The notes under the pieces: generated by a model | The model's database searches: none | Told to the model about the DNA's origin: nothing | What the model saw: the letters and a program-made list of their open reading frames with translations, nothing else | Translations under genes and position numbers: made by a program | DNA from: Auanema rhodensis | Lineage: Eukaryota > Animalia > Nematoda | Direction of reading: 5' to 3' | Assembly: GCA_964057225.1 (NCBI GenBank) | Contig: OZ059895.1 | Coordinates: forward strand, 22,940,001 to 23,004,000 | Length of the DNA: 64,000 nucleotides | In this document: positions 41,350 to 56,400 of the stretch, one piece after another | Numbering within the stretch: the stretch's first letter is position 1 | Layout of the letters: every line of letters starts with the position of its first letter

Positions 41350-44300
41350 CACTAATGCATAATTTTTCAAACGATCATAACTAATTTTTGTATTAAGCGT
41401 TTCTCAATGTAGTATAGTGCATTCGATGCGGATTTTTAAGCTGCGTCGATCTGTGTTATCAGATTTGCGCTAGCTTAAAAATGCACCGAGATATCAACTG
41501 ATATAAGTTCACACTTATATCCTCGATTTTCACCCTAAAGAATTAATTTTTTCGTTGAATAACATTGTCCATCGTCTTTGCCTTGAAAAAAGGAATCTAT
41601 AAACATCTACTTTTTGCTAAATTATATTGAAATTTTTCGAAAAAATTTTTGTCAAAATGTTTTTGGAAGCAATGTTGAGTGTACATGGAAACTCAACATA
41701 CACTAATGCATCATTTTTCAAACGATCATAACTAATTTTTGTATTAAGCGTTTCTCAATGTAGTATAGTGCATTCGATGCGGATTTTTAAGCTGCGTCGA
41801 TCTGTGTTATCAGATTTGCGCTAGCTTAAAAATGCACCGAGATATCAACTGATATAAGTTCACACTTATATCCTCGATTTTCACCCTGAAGAATTAATTT
41901 TTTCGTTGAATAACATTGTCCATCGTCTTTGCCTTAAAAAAAGGAATCTAAAAACATCTACTTTTTGCTAAATTATATTGAAATTTTTCGAAAAAATTTT
42001 TGTCAAAATGTTTTTGGAAGCAATGTTGAGTGTACATGGAAACTCAACATACACTAATGCATCATTTTTCAAACGATCATAACTAATTTTTGTATTAAGC
42101 GTTGCTCAATGTAGTATAGTGCATTCGATGCGGATTTTTAAGCTGCGTCGATCTGTGTTATCAGATTTGCGCTAGCTTAAAAATGCACCGAGATATCAAC
42201 TGATATAAGTTCACACTTATATCCTCGATTTTCACCCTAAAGAATTAATTTTTTCGTTGAATAACATTGTCCATCGTCTTTGCCTTGAAAAAAGGAATCT
42301 ATAAACATCTACTTTTTGCTAAATTATTTTGAAAATTTTTGAAAAAATTTTTGTCAAAATGTTTTTGGAAGCTATGTTGAGTGTACATGGAAACTCAACA
42401 TACACTAATGCATAATTTTTCAAACAATCATAACTAATTTTTGTATTAAGCGTTTCTCAATGTAGTATAGTGCATTCGATGCGGATTTTTAAGCTGCGTC
42501 GATCTGTGTTATCAGATTTGCGCTAGCTTAAAAATGCACCGAGATATCAACTGATATAAGTTCACACTTATATCCTCGATTTTCACCCTGAAGAATTAAT
42601 TTTTTCGTTGAATAACAATGTCCATCGTCTTTGCCTTGAAAAATGGAATCCAAAAACATCTACTTTTTGCTAAATTATTTTGAAATTTTTTGAAAAAATT
42701 TTTGTCAAAATGTTTTTGGAAGCAATGTTGAGTGTACATGGAAACTCAACATACACTAATGCATCATTTTTCAAACGATCATAACTAATTTTTGTATTAA
42801 GCGTTTCTCAATGTAGTATAGTGCATTCGATGCGGATTTTTAAGCTGCGTCGATCTGTGTTATCAGATTTGCGCTAGCTTAAAAATGCACCGAGATATCA
42901 ACTGATATAAGTTCACACTTATATCCTCGATTTTCACCCTAAAGAATTAATTTTTTCGTTGAATAACATTGTCCATCGTCTTTGCCTTGAAAAAAGGAAT
43001 CTATAAACATCTACTTTTTGCTAAATTATTTTGAAATTTTTTGAAAAAATTTTTGTCAAAATGTTTTTGGAAGCTATGTTGAGTGTACATGGAAACTCAA
43101 CATACACTAATGCATAATTTTTCAAACGATCATAACTAATTTTTGTATTAAGCGTTTCTCAATGTAGTATAGTGCATTCGATGCGCATTTTTAAGCTGCG
43201 TCGATCTGTGTTATCAGATTTGCGCTAGCTTAAAAATGCACCGAGATATCAACTGATATAAGTTCACACTTATATCCTCGATTTTCACCCTAAAGAATTA
43301 ATTTTTTCGTTGAATAACATTGTCCATCGTCTTTGCCTTGAAAAAAGGAATCTATAAACATCTACTTTTTGCTAAATTATATTGAAATTTTTCGAAAAAA
43401 TTTTTGTCAAAATGTTTTTGGAAGCAATGTTGAGTGTACATGGAAACTCAACATACACTAATGCATCATTTTTCAAACGATCATAACTAATTTTTGTATT
43501 AAGCGTTTCTCAATGTAGTATAGTGCATTCGATGCGGATTTTTAAGCTGCGTCGATCTGTGTTATCAGATTTGCGCTAGCTTAAAAATGCACCGAGATAT
43601 CAACTGATATAAGTTCACACTTATATCCTCGATTTTCACCCTGAAGAATTAATTTTTTCGTTGAATAACATTGTCCATCGTCTTTGCCTTAAAAAAAGGA
43701 ATCTAAAAACATCTACTTTTTGCTAAATTATATTGAAATTTTTCGAAAAAATTTTTGTCAAAATGTTTTTGGAAGCAATGTTGAGTGTACATGGAAACTC
43801 AACATACACTAATGCATCATTTTTCAAACGATCATAACTAATTTTTGTATTAAGCGTTGCTCAATGTAGTATAGTGCATTCGATGCGGATTTTTAAGCTG
43901 CGTCGATCTGTGTTATCAGATTTGCGCTAGCTTAAAAATGCACCGAGATATCAACTGATATAAGTTCACACTTATATCCTCGATTTTCACCCTAAAGAAT
44001 TAATTTTTTCGTTGAATAACATTGTCCATCGTCTTTGCCTTGAAAAAAGGAATCTATAAACATCTACTTTTTGCTAAATTATTTTGAAAATTTTTGAAAA
44101 AATTTTTGTCAAAATGTTTTTGGAAGCTATGTTGAGTGTACATGGAAACTCAACATACACTAATGCATAATTTTTCAAACAATCATAACTAATTTTTGTA
44201 TTAAGCGTTTCTCAATGTAGTATAGTGCATTCGATGCGGATTTTTAAGCTGCGTCGATCTGTGTTATCAGATTTGCGCTAGCTTAAAAATGCACCGAGAT

Positions 44301-47150
44301 ATCAACTGATATAAGTTCACACTTATATCCTCGATTTTCACCCTGAAGAATTAATTTTTTCGTTGAATAACAATGTCCATCGTCTTTGCCTTGAAAAATG
44401 GAATCCAAAAACATCTACTTTTTGCTAAATTATTTTGAAATTTTTTGAAAAAATTTTTGTCAAAATGTTTTTGGAAGCAATGTTGAGTGTACATGGAAAC
44501 TCAACATACACTAATGCATCATTTTTCAAACGATCATAACTAATTTTTGTATTAAGCGTTTCTCAATGTAGTATAGTGCATTCGATGCGGATTTTTAAGC
44601 TGCGTCGATCTGTGTTATCAGATTTGCGCTAGCTTAAAAATGCACCGAGATATCAACTGATATAAGTTCACACTTATATCCTCGATTTTCACCCTAAAGA
44701 ATTAATTTTTTCGTTGAATAACATTGTCCATCGTCTTTGCCTTGAAAAAAGGAATCTATAAACATCTACTTTTTGCTAAATTATTTTGAAATTTTTTGAA
44801 AAAATTTTTGTCAAAATGTTTTTGGAAGCTATGTTGAGTGTACATGGAAACTCAACATACACTAATGCATAATTTTTCAAACGATCATAACTAATTTTTG
44901 TATTAAGCGTTTCTCAATGTAGTATAGTGCATTCGATGCGCATTTTTAAGCTGCGTCGATCTGTGTTATCAGATTTGCGCTAGCTTAAAAATGCACCGAG
45001 ATATCAACTGATATAAGTTCACACTTATATCCTCGATTTTCACCCTGAAGAATTAATTTTTTCGTTGAATAACAATGTCCATCGTCTTTGCCTTGAAAAA
45101 AGAAATCCAAAAACATCTACTTTTTGCTAAATTATTTTGAAATTTTTCGAAAAAATTTTTGTCAAAATGTTTTTGGAAGCAATGTTGAGTGTACATGGAA
45201 ACTCAACATACACTAATGCATCATTTTTCAAACGATCATAACTAATTTTTGTATTAAGCGTTTCTCAATGTAGTATAGTGCATTCGATGCGGATTTTTAA
45301 GCTGCGTCGATCTGTGTTATCAGATTTGCGCTAGCTTAAAAATGCACCGAGATATCAACTGATATAAGTTCACACTTATTTCCTCGATTTTCACCCTGAA
45401 GAATTAATTTTTTCGTTGAATAACATTGTCCATCGTCTTTGCCTTAAAAAAAGGAATCTAAAAACATCTACTTTTTGCTAAATTATATTGAAATTTTTCG
45501 AAAAAATTTTTGTCAAAATGTTTTTGGAAGCAATGTTGAGTGTACATGGAAACTCAACATACACTAATGCATCATTTTTCAAACGATCATAACTAATTTT
45601 TGTATTAAGCGTTGCTCAATGTAGTATAGTGCATTCGATGCGGATTTTTAAGCTGCGTCGATCTGTGTTATCAGATTTGCGCTAGCTTAAAAATGCACCG
45701 AGATATCAACTGATATAAGTTCACACTTATATCCTCGATTTTCACCCTAAAGAATTAATTTTTTCGTTGAATAACATTGTCCATCGTCTTTGCCTTGAAA
45801 AAAGGAATCTATAAACATTTACTTTTTGCTAAATTATTTTGAAAATTTTTGAAAAAATTTTTGTCAAAATGTTTTTGGAAGCTATGTTGAGTGTACATGG
45901 AAACTCAACATACACTAATGCATAATTTTTCAAACAATCATAACTAATTTTTGTATTAAGCGTTTCTCAATGTAGTATAGTGCATTCGATGCGGATTTTT
46001 AAGCTGCGTCGATCTGTGTTATCAGATTTGCGCTAGCTTAAAAATGCACCGAGATATCAACTGATATAAGTTCACACTTATATCCTCGATTTTCACCCTG
46101 AAGAATTAATTTTTTCGTTGAATAACAATGTCCATCGTCTTTGCCTTGAAAAAAGAAATCCAAAAACATCTACTTTTTGCTAAATTATTTTGAAATTTTT
46201 CGAAAAAATTTTTGTCAAAATGTTTTTGGAAGCAATGTTGAGTGTACATGGAAACTCAACATACACTAATGCATCATTTTTCAAACGATCATAACTAATT
46301 TTTGTATTAAGCGTTTCTCAATGTAGTATAGTGCATTCGATGCGGATTTTTAAGCTGCGTCGATCTGTGTTATCAGATTTGCGCTAGCTTAAAAATGCAC
46401 CGAGATATCAACTGATATAAGTTCACACTTATTTCCTCGATTTTCACCCTGAAGAATTAATTTTTTCGTTGAATAACATTGTCCATCGTCTTTGCCTTAA
46501 AAAAAGGAATCTAAAAACATCTACTTTTTGCTAAATTATATTGAAATTTTTCGAAAAAATTTTTGTCAAAATGTTTTTGGAAGCAATGTTGAGTGTACAT
46601 GGAAACTCAACATACACTAATGCATCATTTTTCAAACGATCATAACTAATTTTTGTATTAAGCGTTGCTCAATGTAGTATAGTGCATTCGATGCGGATTT
46701 TTAAGCTGCGTCGATCTGTGTTATCAGATTTGCGCTAGCTTAAAAATGCACCGAGATATCAACTGATATAAGTTCACACTTATATCCTCGATTTTCACCC
46801 TAAAGAATTAATTTTTTCGTTGAATAACATTGTCCATCGTCTTTGCCTTGAAAAAAGGAATCTATAAACATTTACTTTTTGCTAAATTATTTTGAAAATT
46901 TTTGAAAAAATTTTTGTCAAAATGTTTTTGGAAGCTATGTTGAGTGTACATGGAAACTCAACATACACTAATGCATAATTTTTCAAACAATCATAACTAA
47001 TTTTTGTATTAAGCGTTTCTCAATGTAGTATAGTGCATTCGATGCGGATTTTTAAGCTGCGTCGATCTGTGTTATCAGATTTGCGCTAGCTTAAAAATGC
47101 ACCGAGATATCAACTGATATAAGTTCACACTTATATCCTCGATTTTCACC
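41350..47150 (-). repeat. 5-mer (1755 bp) duplication followed by a 3-mer (1053 bp) duplication; boundaries approximate
   Basis: The GCGCATTTTT variant base is at 43186/44941 and AAATGGAATCC at 42641/44396 (+1755). CTTATTTCCTC is at 45375/46428 and AAACATTTAC at ~45813/~46866 (+1053). Confidence 0.82.
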
Positions 47151-50100
47151 CTGAAGAATTAATTTTTTCGTTGAATAACAATGTCCATCGTCTTTGCCTT
47201 GAAAAATGGAATCCAAAAACATCTACTTCTTGCTAAATTATTTTGAAATTTTTTGAAAAAATTTTTGTCAAAATGTTTTTGGAAGCAATGTTGAGTGTAC
47301 ATGGAAACTCAACATACACTAATGCATCATTTTTCAAACGATCATAACTAATTTTTGTATTAAGCGTTTCTCAATGTAGTATAGTGCATTCGATGCGGAT
47401 TTTTAAGCTGCGTCGATCTGTGTTATCAGATTTGCGCTAGCTTAAAAATGCACCGAGATATCAACTGATATAAGTTCACACTTATATCCTCGATTTTCAC
47501 CCTAAAGAATTAATTTTTTCGTTGAATAACATTGTCCATCGTCTTTGCCTTGAAAAAAGGAATCTATAAACATCTACTTTTTGCTAAATTATTTTGAAAT
47601 TTTTTGAAAAAATTTTTGTCAAAATGTTTTTGGAAGCTATGTTGAGTGTACATGGAAACTGAACATACACTAATGCATAATTTTTCAAACGATCATAACT
47701 AATTTTTGTATTAAGCGTTTCTCAATGTAGTATAGTGCATTCGATGCGGATTTTTAAGCTGCGTCGATCTGTGTTATCAGATTTGCGCTAGCTTAAAAAT
47801 GCACCGAGATATCAACTGATATAAGTTCACACTTATATCCTCGATTTTCATCCTGAAGAATTAATTTTTTCGTTGAATAACAATGTCCATCGTCTTTGCC
47901 TTGAAAAAAGAAATCCAAAAACATCTACTTTTTGCTAAATTATTTTGAAATTTTTCGAAAAAATTTTTGTCAAAATGTTTTTGGAAGCAATGTTGAGTGT
48001 ACATGGAAACTCAACATACACTAATGCATCATTTTTCAAACGATCATAACTAATTTTTGTATTAAGCGTTTCTCAATGTAGTATAGTGCATTCGATGCGG
48101 ATTTTTAAGCTGCGTCGATCTGTGTTATCAGATTTGCGCTAGCTTAAAAATGCACCGAGATATCAACTGATATAAGTTCACACTTATTTCCTCGATTTTC
48201 ACCCTGAAGAATTAATTTTTTCGTTGAATAACATTGTCCATCGTCTTTGCCTTAAAAAAAGGAATCTAAAAACATCTACTTTTTGCTAAATTATATTGAA
48301 ATTTTTCGAAAAAATTTTTGTCAAAATGTTTTTGGAAGCAATGTTGAGTGTACATGGAAACTCAACATACACTAATGCATCATTATTCAAACGATCATAA
48401 CTAATTTTTGTATTAAGCGTTTCTCAATGTAGTATAGTGCATTCGATGCGGATTTTTAAGCTGCGTCGATCTGTGTTATCAGATTTGCGCTAGCTTAAAA
48501 ATGCACCGAGATATCAACTGATATAAGTTCACACTTATATCCTCGATTTTCACCCTAAAGAATTAATTTTTTCGTTGAATAACATTGTCCATCGTCTTTG
48601 CCTTGAAAAAAGGAATCTATAAACATCTACTTTTTGCTAAATTATTTTGAAATTTTTTGAAAAAATTTTTGTCAAAATGTTTTTGGAAGCTATGTTGAGT
48701 GTACATGGAACAACATACACTAATGCATAATTTTTCAAACGATCATAACTAATTTTTGTATTAAGCGTTTCTCAATGTAGTATAGTGCATTCGATGCGGA
48801 TTTTTAAGCTGCGTCGATCTGTGTTATCAGATTTGCGCTAGCTTAAAAATGCACCGAGATATCAACTGATATAAGTTCACACTTATATCCTCGATTTTCA
48901 CCCTAAAGAATTAATTTTTTCGTTGAATAACATTGTCCATCGTCTTTGCCTTGAAAAAAGGAATCTATAAACATCTACTTTTTGCTAAATTATATTGAAA
49001 TTTTTCGAAAAAATTTTTGTCAAAATGTTTTTGGAAGCAATGTTGAGTGTACATGGAAACTCAACATACACTAATGCATCATTTTTCAAACGATCATAAC
49101 TAATTTTTGTATTAAGCGTTTCTCAATGTAGTATAGTGCATTCGATGCGGATTTTTAAGCTGCGTCGATCTGTGTTATCAGATTTGCGCTAGCTTAAAAA
49201 TGCACCGAGATATCAACTGATATAAGTTCACACTTATATCCTCGATTTTCACCCTGAAGAATTAATTTTTTCGTTGAATAACATTGTCCATCGTCTTTGC
49301 CTTAAAAAAAGGAATCTAAGAACATCTACTTTTTGCTAAATTATATTGAAATTTTTCGAAAAAATTTTTGTCAAAATGTTTTTGGAAGCAATGTTGAGTG
49401 TACATGGAAACTCAACATACACTAATGCATCATTTTTCAAACGATCATAACTAATTTTTGTATTAAGCGTTGCTCAATGTAGTATAGTGCATTCGATGCG
49501 GATTTTTAAGCTGCGTCGATCTGTGTTATCAGATTTGCGCTAGCTTAAAAATGCACCGAGATATCAACTGATATAAGTTCACACTTATATCCTCGATTTT
49601 CACCCTAAAGAATTAATTTTTTCGTTGAATAACATTGTCCATCGTCTTTGCCTTGAAAAAAGGAATCTATAAACATCTACTTTTTGCTAAATTATTTTGA
49701 AAATTTTTGAAAAAATTTTTGTCAAAATGTTTTTGGAAGCTATGTTGAGTGTACATGGAAACTCAACATACACTAATGCATAATTTTTCAAACGATCATA
49801 ACTAATTTTTGTATTAAGCGTTTCTCAATGTAGTATAGTGCATTTGATGCGGATTTTTAAGCTGCGTCGATCTGTGTTATCAGATTTGCGCTAGCTTGAA
49901 AATGCACCGAGATATCAACTGATATAAGTTCACACTTATATCCTCGATTTTCACCCTAAAGAATTAATTTTTTCGTTGAATAACATTGTCCATCGTCTTT
50001 GCCTTGAAAAAAGGAATCTATAAACATCTACTTTTTGCTAAATTATATTGAAATTTTTCGAAAAAATTTTTGTCAAAATGTTTTTGGAAGCAATGTTGAG

Positions 50101-50499
50101 TGTACATGGAAACTCAACATACACTAATGCATCATTTTTCAAACGATCATAACTAATTTTTGTATTAAGCGTTTCTCAATGTAGTATAGTGCATTCGATG
50201 CGGATTTTTAAGCTGCGTCGATCTGTGTTATCAGATTTGCGCTAGCTTAAAAATGCACCGAGATATCAACTGATATAAGTTCACACTTATATCCTCGATT
50301 TTCACCCTGAAGAATTAATTTTTTCGTTGAATAACATTGTCCATCGTCTTTGCCTTAAAAAAAGGAATCTAAAAACATCTACTTTTTGCTAAATTATATT
50401 GAAATTTTTCGAAAAAATTTTTGTCAAAATGTTTTTGGAAGCAATGTTGAGTGTACATGGAAACTCAACATACACTAATGCATCATTTTTCAAACGATC

Positions 50500-53400
50500 A
50501 TAACTAATTTTTGTATTAAGCGTTGCTCAATGTAGTATAGTGCATTCGATGCGGATTTTTAAGCTGCGTCGATCTGTGTTATCAGATTTGCGCTAGCTTA
50601 AAAATGCACCGAGATATCAACTGATATAAGTTCACACTTATATCCTCGATTTTCACCCTAAAGAATTAATTTTTTCGTTGAATAACATTGTCCATCGTCT
50701 TTGCCTTGAAAAAAGGAATCTATAAACATCTACTTTTTGCTAAATTATTTTGAAAATTTTTGAAAAAATTTTTGTCAAAATGTTTTTGGAAGCTATGTTG
50801 AGTGTACATGGAAACTCAACATACACTAATGCATAATTTTTCAAACAATCATAACTAATTTTTGTATTAAGCGTTTCTCAATGTAGTATAGTGCATTCGA
50901 TGCGGATTTTTAAGCTGCGTCGATCTGTGTTATCAGATTTGCGCTAGCTTAAAAATGCACCGAGATATCAACTGATATAAGTTCACACTTATATCCTCGA
51001 TTTTCACCCTGAAGAATTAATTTTTTCGTTGAATAACAATGTCCATCGTCTTTGCCTTGAAAAATGGAATCCAAAAACATCTACTTTTTGCTAAATTATT
51101 TTGAAATTTTTTGAAAAAATTTTTGTCAAAATGTTTTTGGAAGCAATGTTGAGTGTACATGGAAACTCAACATACACTAATGCATCATTTTTCAAACGAT
51201 CATAACTAATTTTTGTATTAAGCGTTGCTCAATGTAGTATAGTGCATTCGATGCGGATTTTTAAGCTGCGTCGATCTGTGTTATCAGATTTGCGCTAGCT
51301 TAAAAATGCACCGAGATATCAACTGATATAAGTTCACACTTATATCCTCGATTTTCACCCTAAAGAATTAATTTTTTCGTTGAATAACATTGTCCATCGT
51401 CTTTGCCTTGAAAAAAGGAATCTATAAACATCTACTTTTTGCTAAATTATTTTGAAAATTTTTGAAAAAATTTTTGTCAAAATGTTTTTGGAAGCTATGT
51501 TGAGTGTACATGGAAACTCAACATACACTAATGCATAATTTTTCAAACAATCATAACTAATTTTTGTATTAAGCGTTTCTCAATGTAGTATAGTGCATTC
51601 GATGCGGATTTTTAAGCTGCGTCGATCTGTGTTATCAGATTTGCGCTAGCTTAAAAATGCACCGAGATATCAACTGATATAAGTTCACACTTATATCCTC
51701 GATTTTCACCCTGAAGAATTAATTTTTTCGTTGAATAACAATGTCCATCGTCTTTGCCTTGAAAAATGGAATCCAAAAACATCTACTTTTTGCTAAATTA
51801 TTTTGAAATTTTTTGAAAAAATTTTTGTCAAAATGTTTTTGGAAGCAATGTTGAGTGTACATGGAAACTCAACATACACTAATGCATCATTTTTCAAACG
51901 ATCATAACTAATTTTTGTATTAAGCGTTTCTCAATGTAGTATAGTGCATTCGATGCGGATTTTTAAGCTGCGTCGATCTGTGTTATCAGATTTGCGCTAG
52001 CTTAAAAATGCACCGAGATATCAACTGATATAAGTTCACACTTATATCCTCGATTTTCACCCTAAAGAATTAATTTTTTCGTTGAATAACATTGTCCATC
52101 GTCTTTGCCTTGAAAAAAGGAATCTATAAACATCTACTTTTTGCTAAATTATTTTGAAATTTTTTGAAAAAATTTTTGTCAAAATGTTTTTGGAAGCTAT
52201 GTTGAGTGTACATGGAAACTCAACATACACTAATGCATAATTTTTCAAACGATCATAACTAATTTTTGTATTAAGCGTTTCTCAATGTAGTATAGTGCAT
52301 TCGATGCGGATTTTTAAGCTGCGTCGATCTGTGTTATCAGATTTGCGCTAGCTTAAAAATGCACCGAGATATCAACTGATATAAGTTCACACTTATATCC
52401 TCGATTTTCACCCTGAAGAATTAATTTTTTCGTTGAATAACAATGTCCATCGTCTTTGCCTTGAAAAAAGAAATCCAAAAACATCTACTTTTTGCTAAAT
52501 TATTTTGAAATTTTTCGAAAAAATTTTTGTCAAAATGTTTTTGGAAGCAATGTTGAGTGTACATGGAAACTCAACATACACTAATGCATAATTTTTCAAA
52601 CGATCATAACTAATTTTTGTATTAAGCGTTTCTCAATGTAGTATAGTGCATTTGATGCGGAATTTTAAGCTGCGTCGATCTGTGTTATCAGATTTGCGCT
52701 AGCTTAAAAATGCACCGAGATATCAACTGATATAAGTTCACACTTATATCCTCGATTTTCACCCTGAAGAATTAATTTTTTCGTTGAATAACATTGTCCA
52801 TCGTCTTTGCCTCAAAAAAAGGAATGTAAAAACATCTACTTTTGCTAAATTATATTGAAATTTTTCGAAAAAATTTTTGTCAAAATGTTTTTGGAAGCAA
52901 TGTTGAGTGTACATGGAAACTCAACATACACTAATGCATAATTTTTCAAACGATCATAACTTATTTTTGTATTAAGCGTTTATCAATGTAGTATAGTGCA
53001 TTCGATGCGGATTTTTAAGCTGCGTCGATCTGTGTTATCAGATTTGCGCTAGCTTAAAAATGCACCGAGATATCAACTGATATAAGTTCACACTTATATC
53101 CTCGATTTTCACCCTGAAGAATTAATTTTTTCGTTGAATAACAATGTCCATCGTCTTTGCCTTGAAAAAAGGAATCTAAAAACATCTACTTTTTGCTAAA
53201 TTATATTGAAATTTTTCGAAAAAATTTTTGTCAAAATGTTTTTGGAAGCAATGTTAAGTGTACATGGAAACTCAACATACACTAATGCATCATTTTTCAA
53301 ACGATCATAAACAATTTTTGTATTAAGCGTTTCTCAATGTAGTATAGTGCAATCGATGCGGATTTTTAAGCTGCGTCGATCTGTGTTATCAGATTTGCGC

Positions 53401-56400
53401 TAGCTTAAAAATGCACCGAGATATCAACTGATATAAGTTCACACTTATATCCTCGATTTTCACCCTAAAGAATTAATTTTTTCGTTGAATAACATTGTCC
53501 ATCGTCTTTGCCTTGAAAAAAGGAATCTATAAACATCTACTTTTTGCTAAATTATTTTGAAAATTTTTGAAAAAATTTTTGTCAAAATGTTTTTGGAAGC
53601 TATGTTGAGTGTACATGGAAACTCAACATACACTAATGCATAATTTTTCAAACAATCATAACTAATTTTTGTATTAAGCGTTTCTCAATGTAGTATAGTG
53701 CATTCGATGCGGATTTTTAAGCTGCGTCGATCTGTGTTATCAGATTTGCGCTAGCTTAAAAATGCACCGAGATATCAACTGATATAAGTTCACACTTATA
53801 TCCTCGATTTTCACCCTGAAGAATTAATTTTTTCGTTGAATAACAATGTCCATCGTCTTTGCCTTGAAAAATGGAATCCAAAAACATCTACTTTTTGCTA
53901 AATTATTTTGAAATTTTTTGAAAAAATTTTTGTCAAAATGTTTTTGGAAGCAATGTTGAGTGTACATGGAAACTCAACATACACTAATGCATCATTTTTC
54001 AAACGATCATAACTAATTTTTGTATTAAGCGTTGCTCAATGTAGTATAGTGCATTCGATGCGGATTTTTAAGCTGCGTCGATCTGTGTTATCAGATTTGC
54101 GCTAGCTTAAAAATGCACCGAGATATCAACTGATATAAGTTCACACTTATATCCTCGATTTTCACCCTAAAGAATTAATTTTTTCGTTGAATAACATTGT
54201 CCATCGTCTTTGCCTTGAAAAAAGGAATCTATAAACATCTACTTTTTGCTAAATTATTTTGAAAATTTTTGAAAAAATTTTTGTCAAAATGTTTTTGGAA
54301 GCTATGTTGAGTGTACATGGAAACTCAACATACACTAATGCATAATTTTTCAAACAATCATAACTAATTTTTGTATTAAGCGTTTCTCAATGTAGTATAG
54401 TGCATTCGATGCGGATTTTTAAGCTGCGTCGATCTGTGTTATCAGATTTGCGCTAGCTTAAAAATGCACCGAGATATCAACTGATATAAGTTCACACTTA
54501 TATCCTCGATTTTCACCCTAAAGAATTAATTTTTTCGTTGAATAACATTGTCCATCGTCTTTGCCTTGAAAAAAGGAATCTATAAACATCTACTTTTTGC
54601 TAAATTATTTTGAAAATTTTTGAAAAAATTTTTGTCAAAATGTTTTTGGAAGCTATGTTGAGTGTACATGGAAACTCAACATACACTAATGCATAATTTT
54701 TCAAACAATCATAACTAATTTTTGTATTAAGCGTTTCTCAATGTAGTATAGTGCATTCGATGCGGATTTTTAAGCTGCGTCGATCTGTGTTATCAGATTT
54801 GCGCTAGCTTAAAAATGCACCGAGATATCAACTGATATAAGTTCACACTTATATCCTCGATTTTCACCCTAAAGAATTAATTTTTTCGTTGAATAACATT
54901 GTCCATCGTCTTTGCCTTGAAAAAAGGAATCTATAAACATCTACTTTTTGCTAAATTATTTTGAAAATTTTTGAAAAAATTTTTGTCAAAATGTTTTTGG
55001 AAGCTATGTTGAGTGTACATGGAAACTCAACATACACTAATGCATAATTTTTCAAACAATCATAACTAATTTTTGTATTAAGCGTTTCTCAATGTAGTAT
55101 AGTGCATTCGATGCGGATTTTTAAGCTGCGTCGATCTGTGTTATCAGATTTGCGCTAGCTTAAAAATGCACCGAGATATCAACTGATATAAGTTCACACT
55201 TATATCCTCGATTTTCACCCTGAAGAATTAATTTTTTCGTTGAATAACAATGTCCATCGTCTTTGCCTTGAAAAATGGAATCCAAAAACATCTACTTTTT
55301 GCTAAATTATTTTGAAATTTTTTGAAAAAATTTTTGTCAAAATGTTTTTGGAAGCAATGTTGAGTGTACATGGAAACTCAACATACACTAATGCATCATT
55401 TTTCAAACGATCATAACTAATTTTTGTATTAAGCGTTGCTCAATGTAGTATAGTGCATTCGATGCGGATTTTTAAGCTGCGTCGATCTGTGTTATCAGAT
55501 TTGCGCTAGCTTAAAAATGCACCGAGATATCAACTGATATAAGTTCACACTTATATCCTCGATTTTCACCCTAAAGAATTAATTTTTTCGTTGAATAACA
55601 TTGTCCATCGTCTTTGCCTTGAAAAAAGGAATCTATAAACATCTACTTTTTGCTAAATTATTTTGAAAATTTTTGAAAAAATTTTTGTCAAAATGTTTTT
55701 GGAAGCTATGTTGAGTGTACATGGAAACTCAACATACACTAATGCATAATTTTTCAAACAATCATAACTAATTTTTGTATTAAGCGTTTCTCAATGTAGT
55801 ATAGTGCATTCGATGCGGATTTTTAAGCTGCGTCGATCTGTGTTATCAGATTTGCGCTAGCTTAAAAATGCACCGAGATATCAACTGATATAAGTTCACA
55901 CTTATATCCTCGATTTTCACCCTGAAGAATTAATTTTTTCGTTGAATAACAATGTCCATCGTCTTTGCCTTGAAAAATGGAATCCAAAAACATCTACTTT
56001 TTGCTAAATTATTTTGAAATTTTTTGAAAAAATTTTTGTCAAAATGTTTTTGGAAGCAATGTTGAGTGTACATGGAAACTCAACATACACTAATGCATCA
56101 TTTTTCAAACGATCATAACTAATTTTTGTATTAAGCGTTTCTCAATGTAGTATAGTGCATTCGATGCGGATTTTTAAGCTGCGTCGATCTGTGTTATCAG
56201 ATTTGCGCTAGCTTAAAAATGCACCGAGATATCAACTGATATAAGTTCACACTTATATCCTCGATTTTCACCCTGAAGAATTAATTTTTTCGTTGAATAA
56301 CATTGTCCATCGTCTTTGCCTCAAAAAAAGGAATCTAAAAACATCTACTTTTGCTAAATTATATTGAAATTTTTCGAAAAAATTTTTGTCAAAATGTTTT

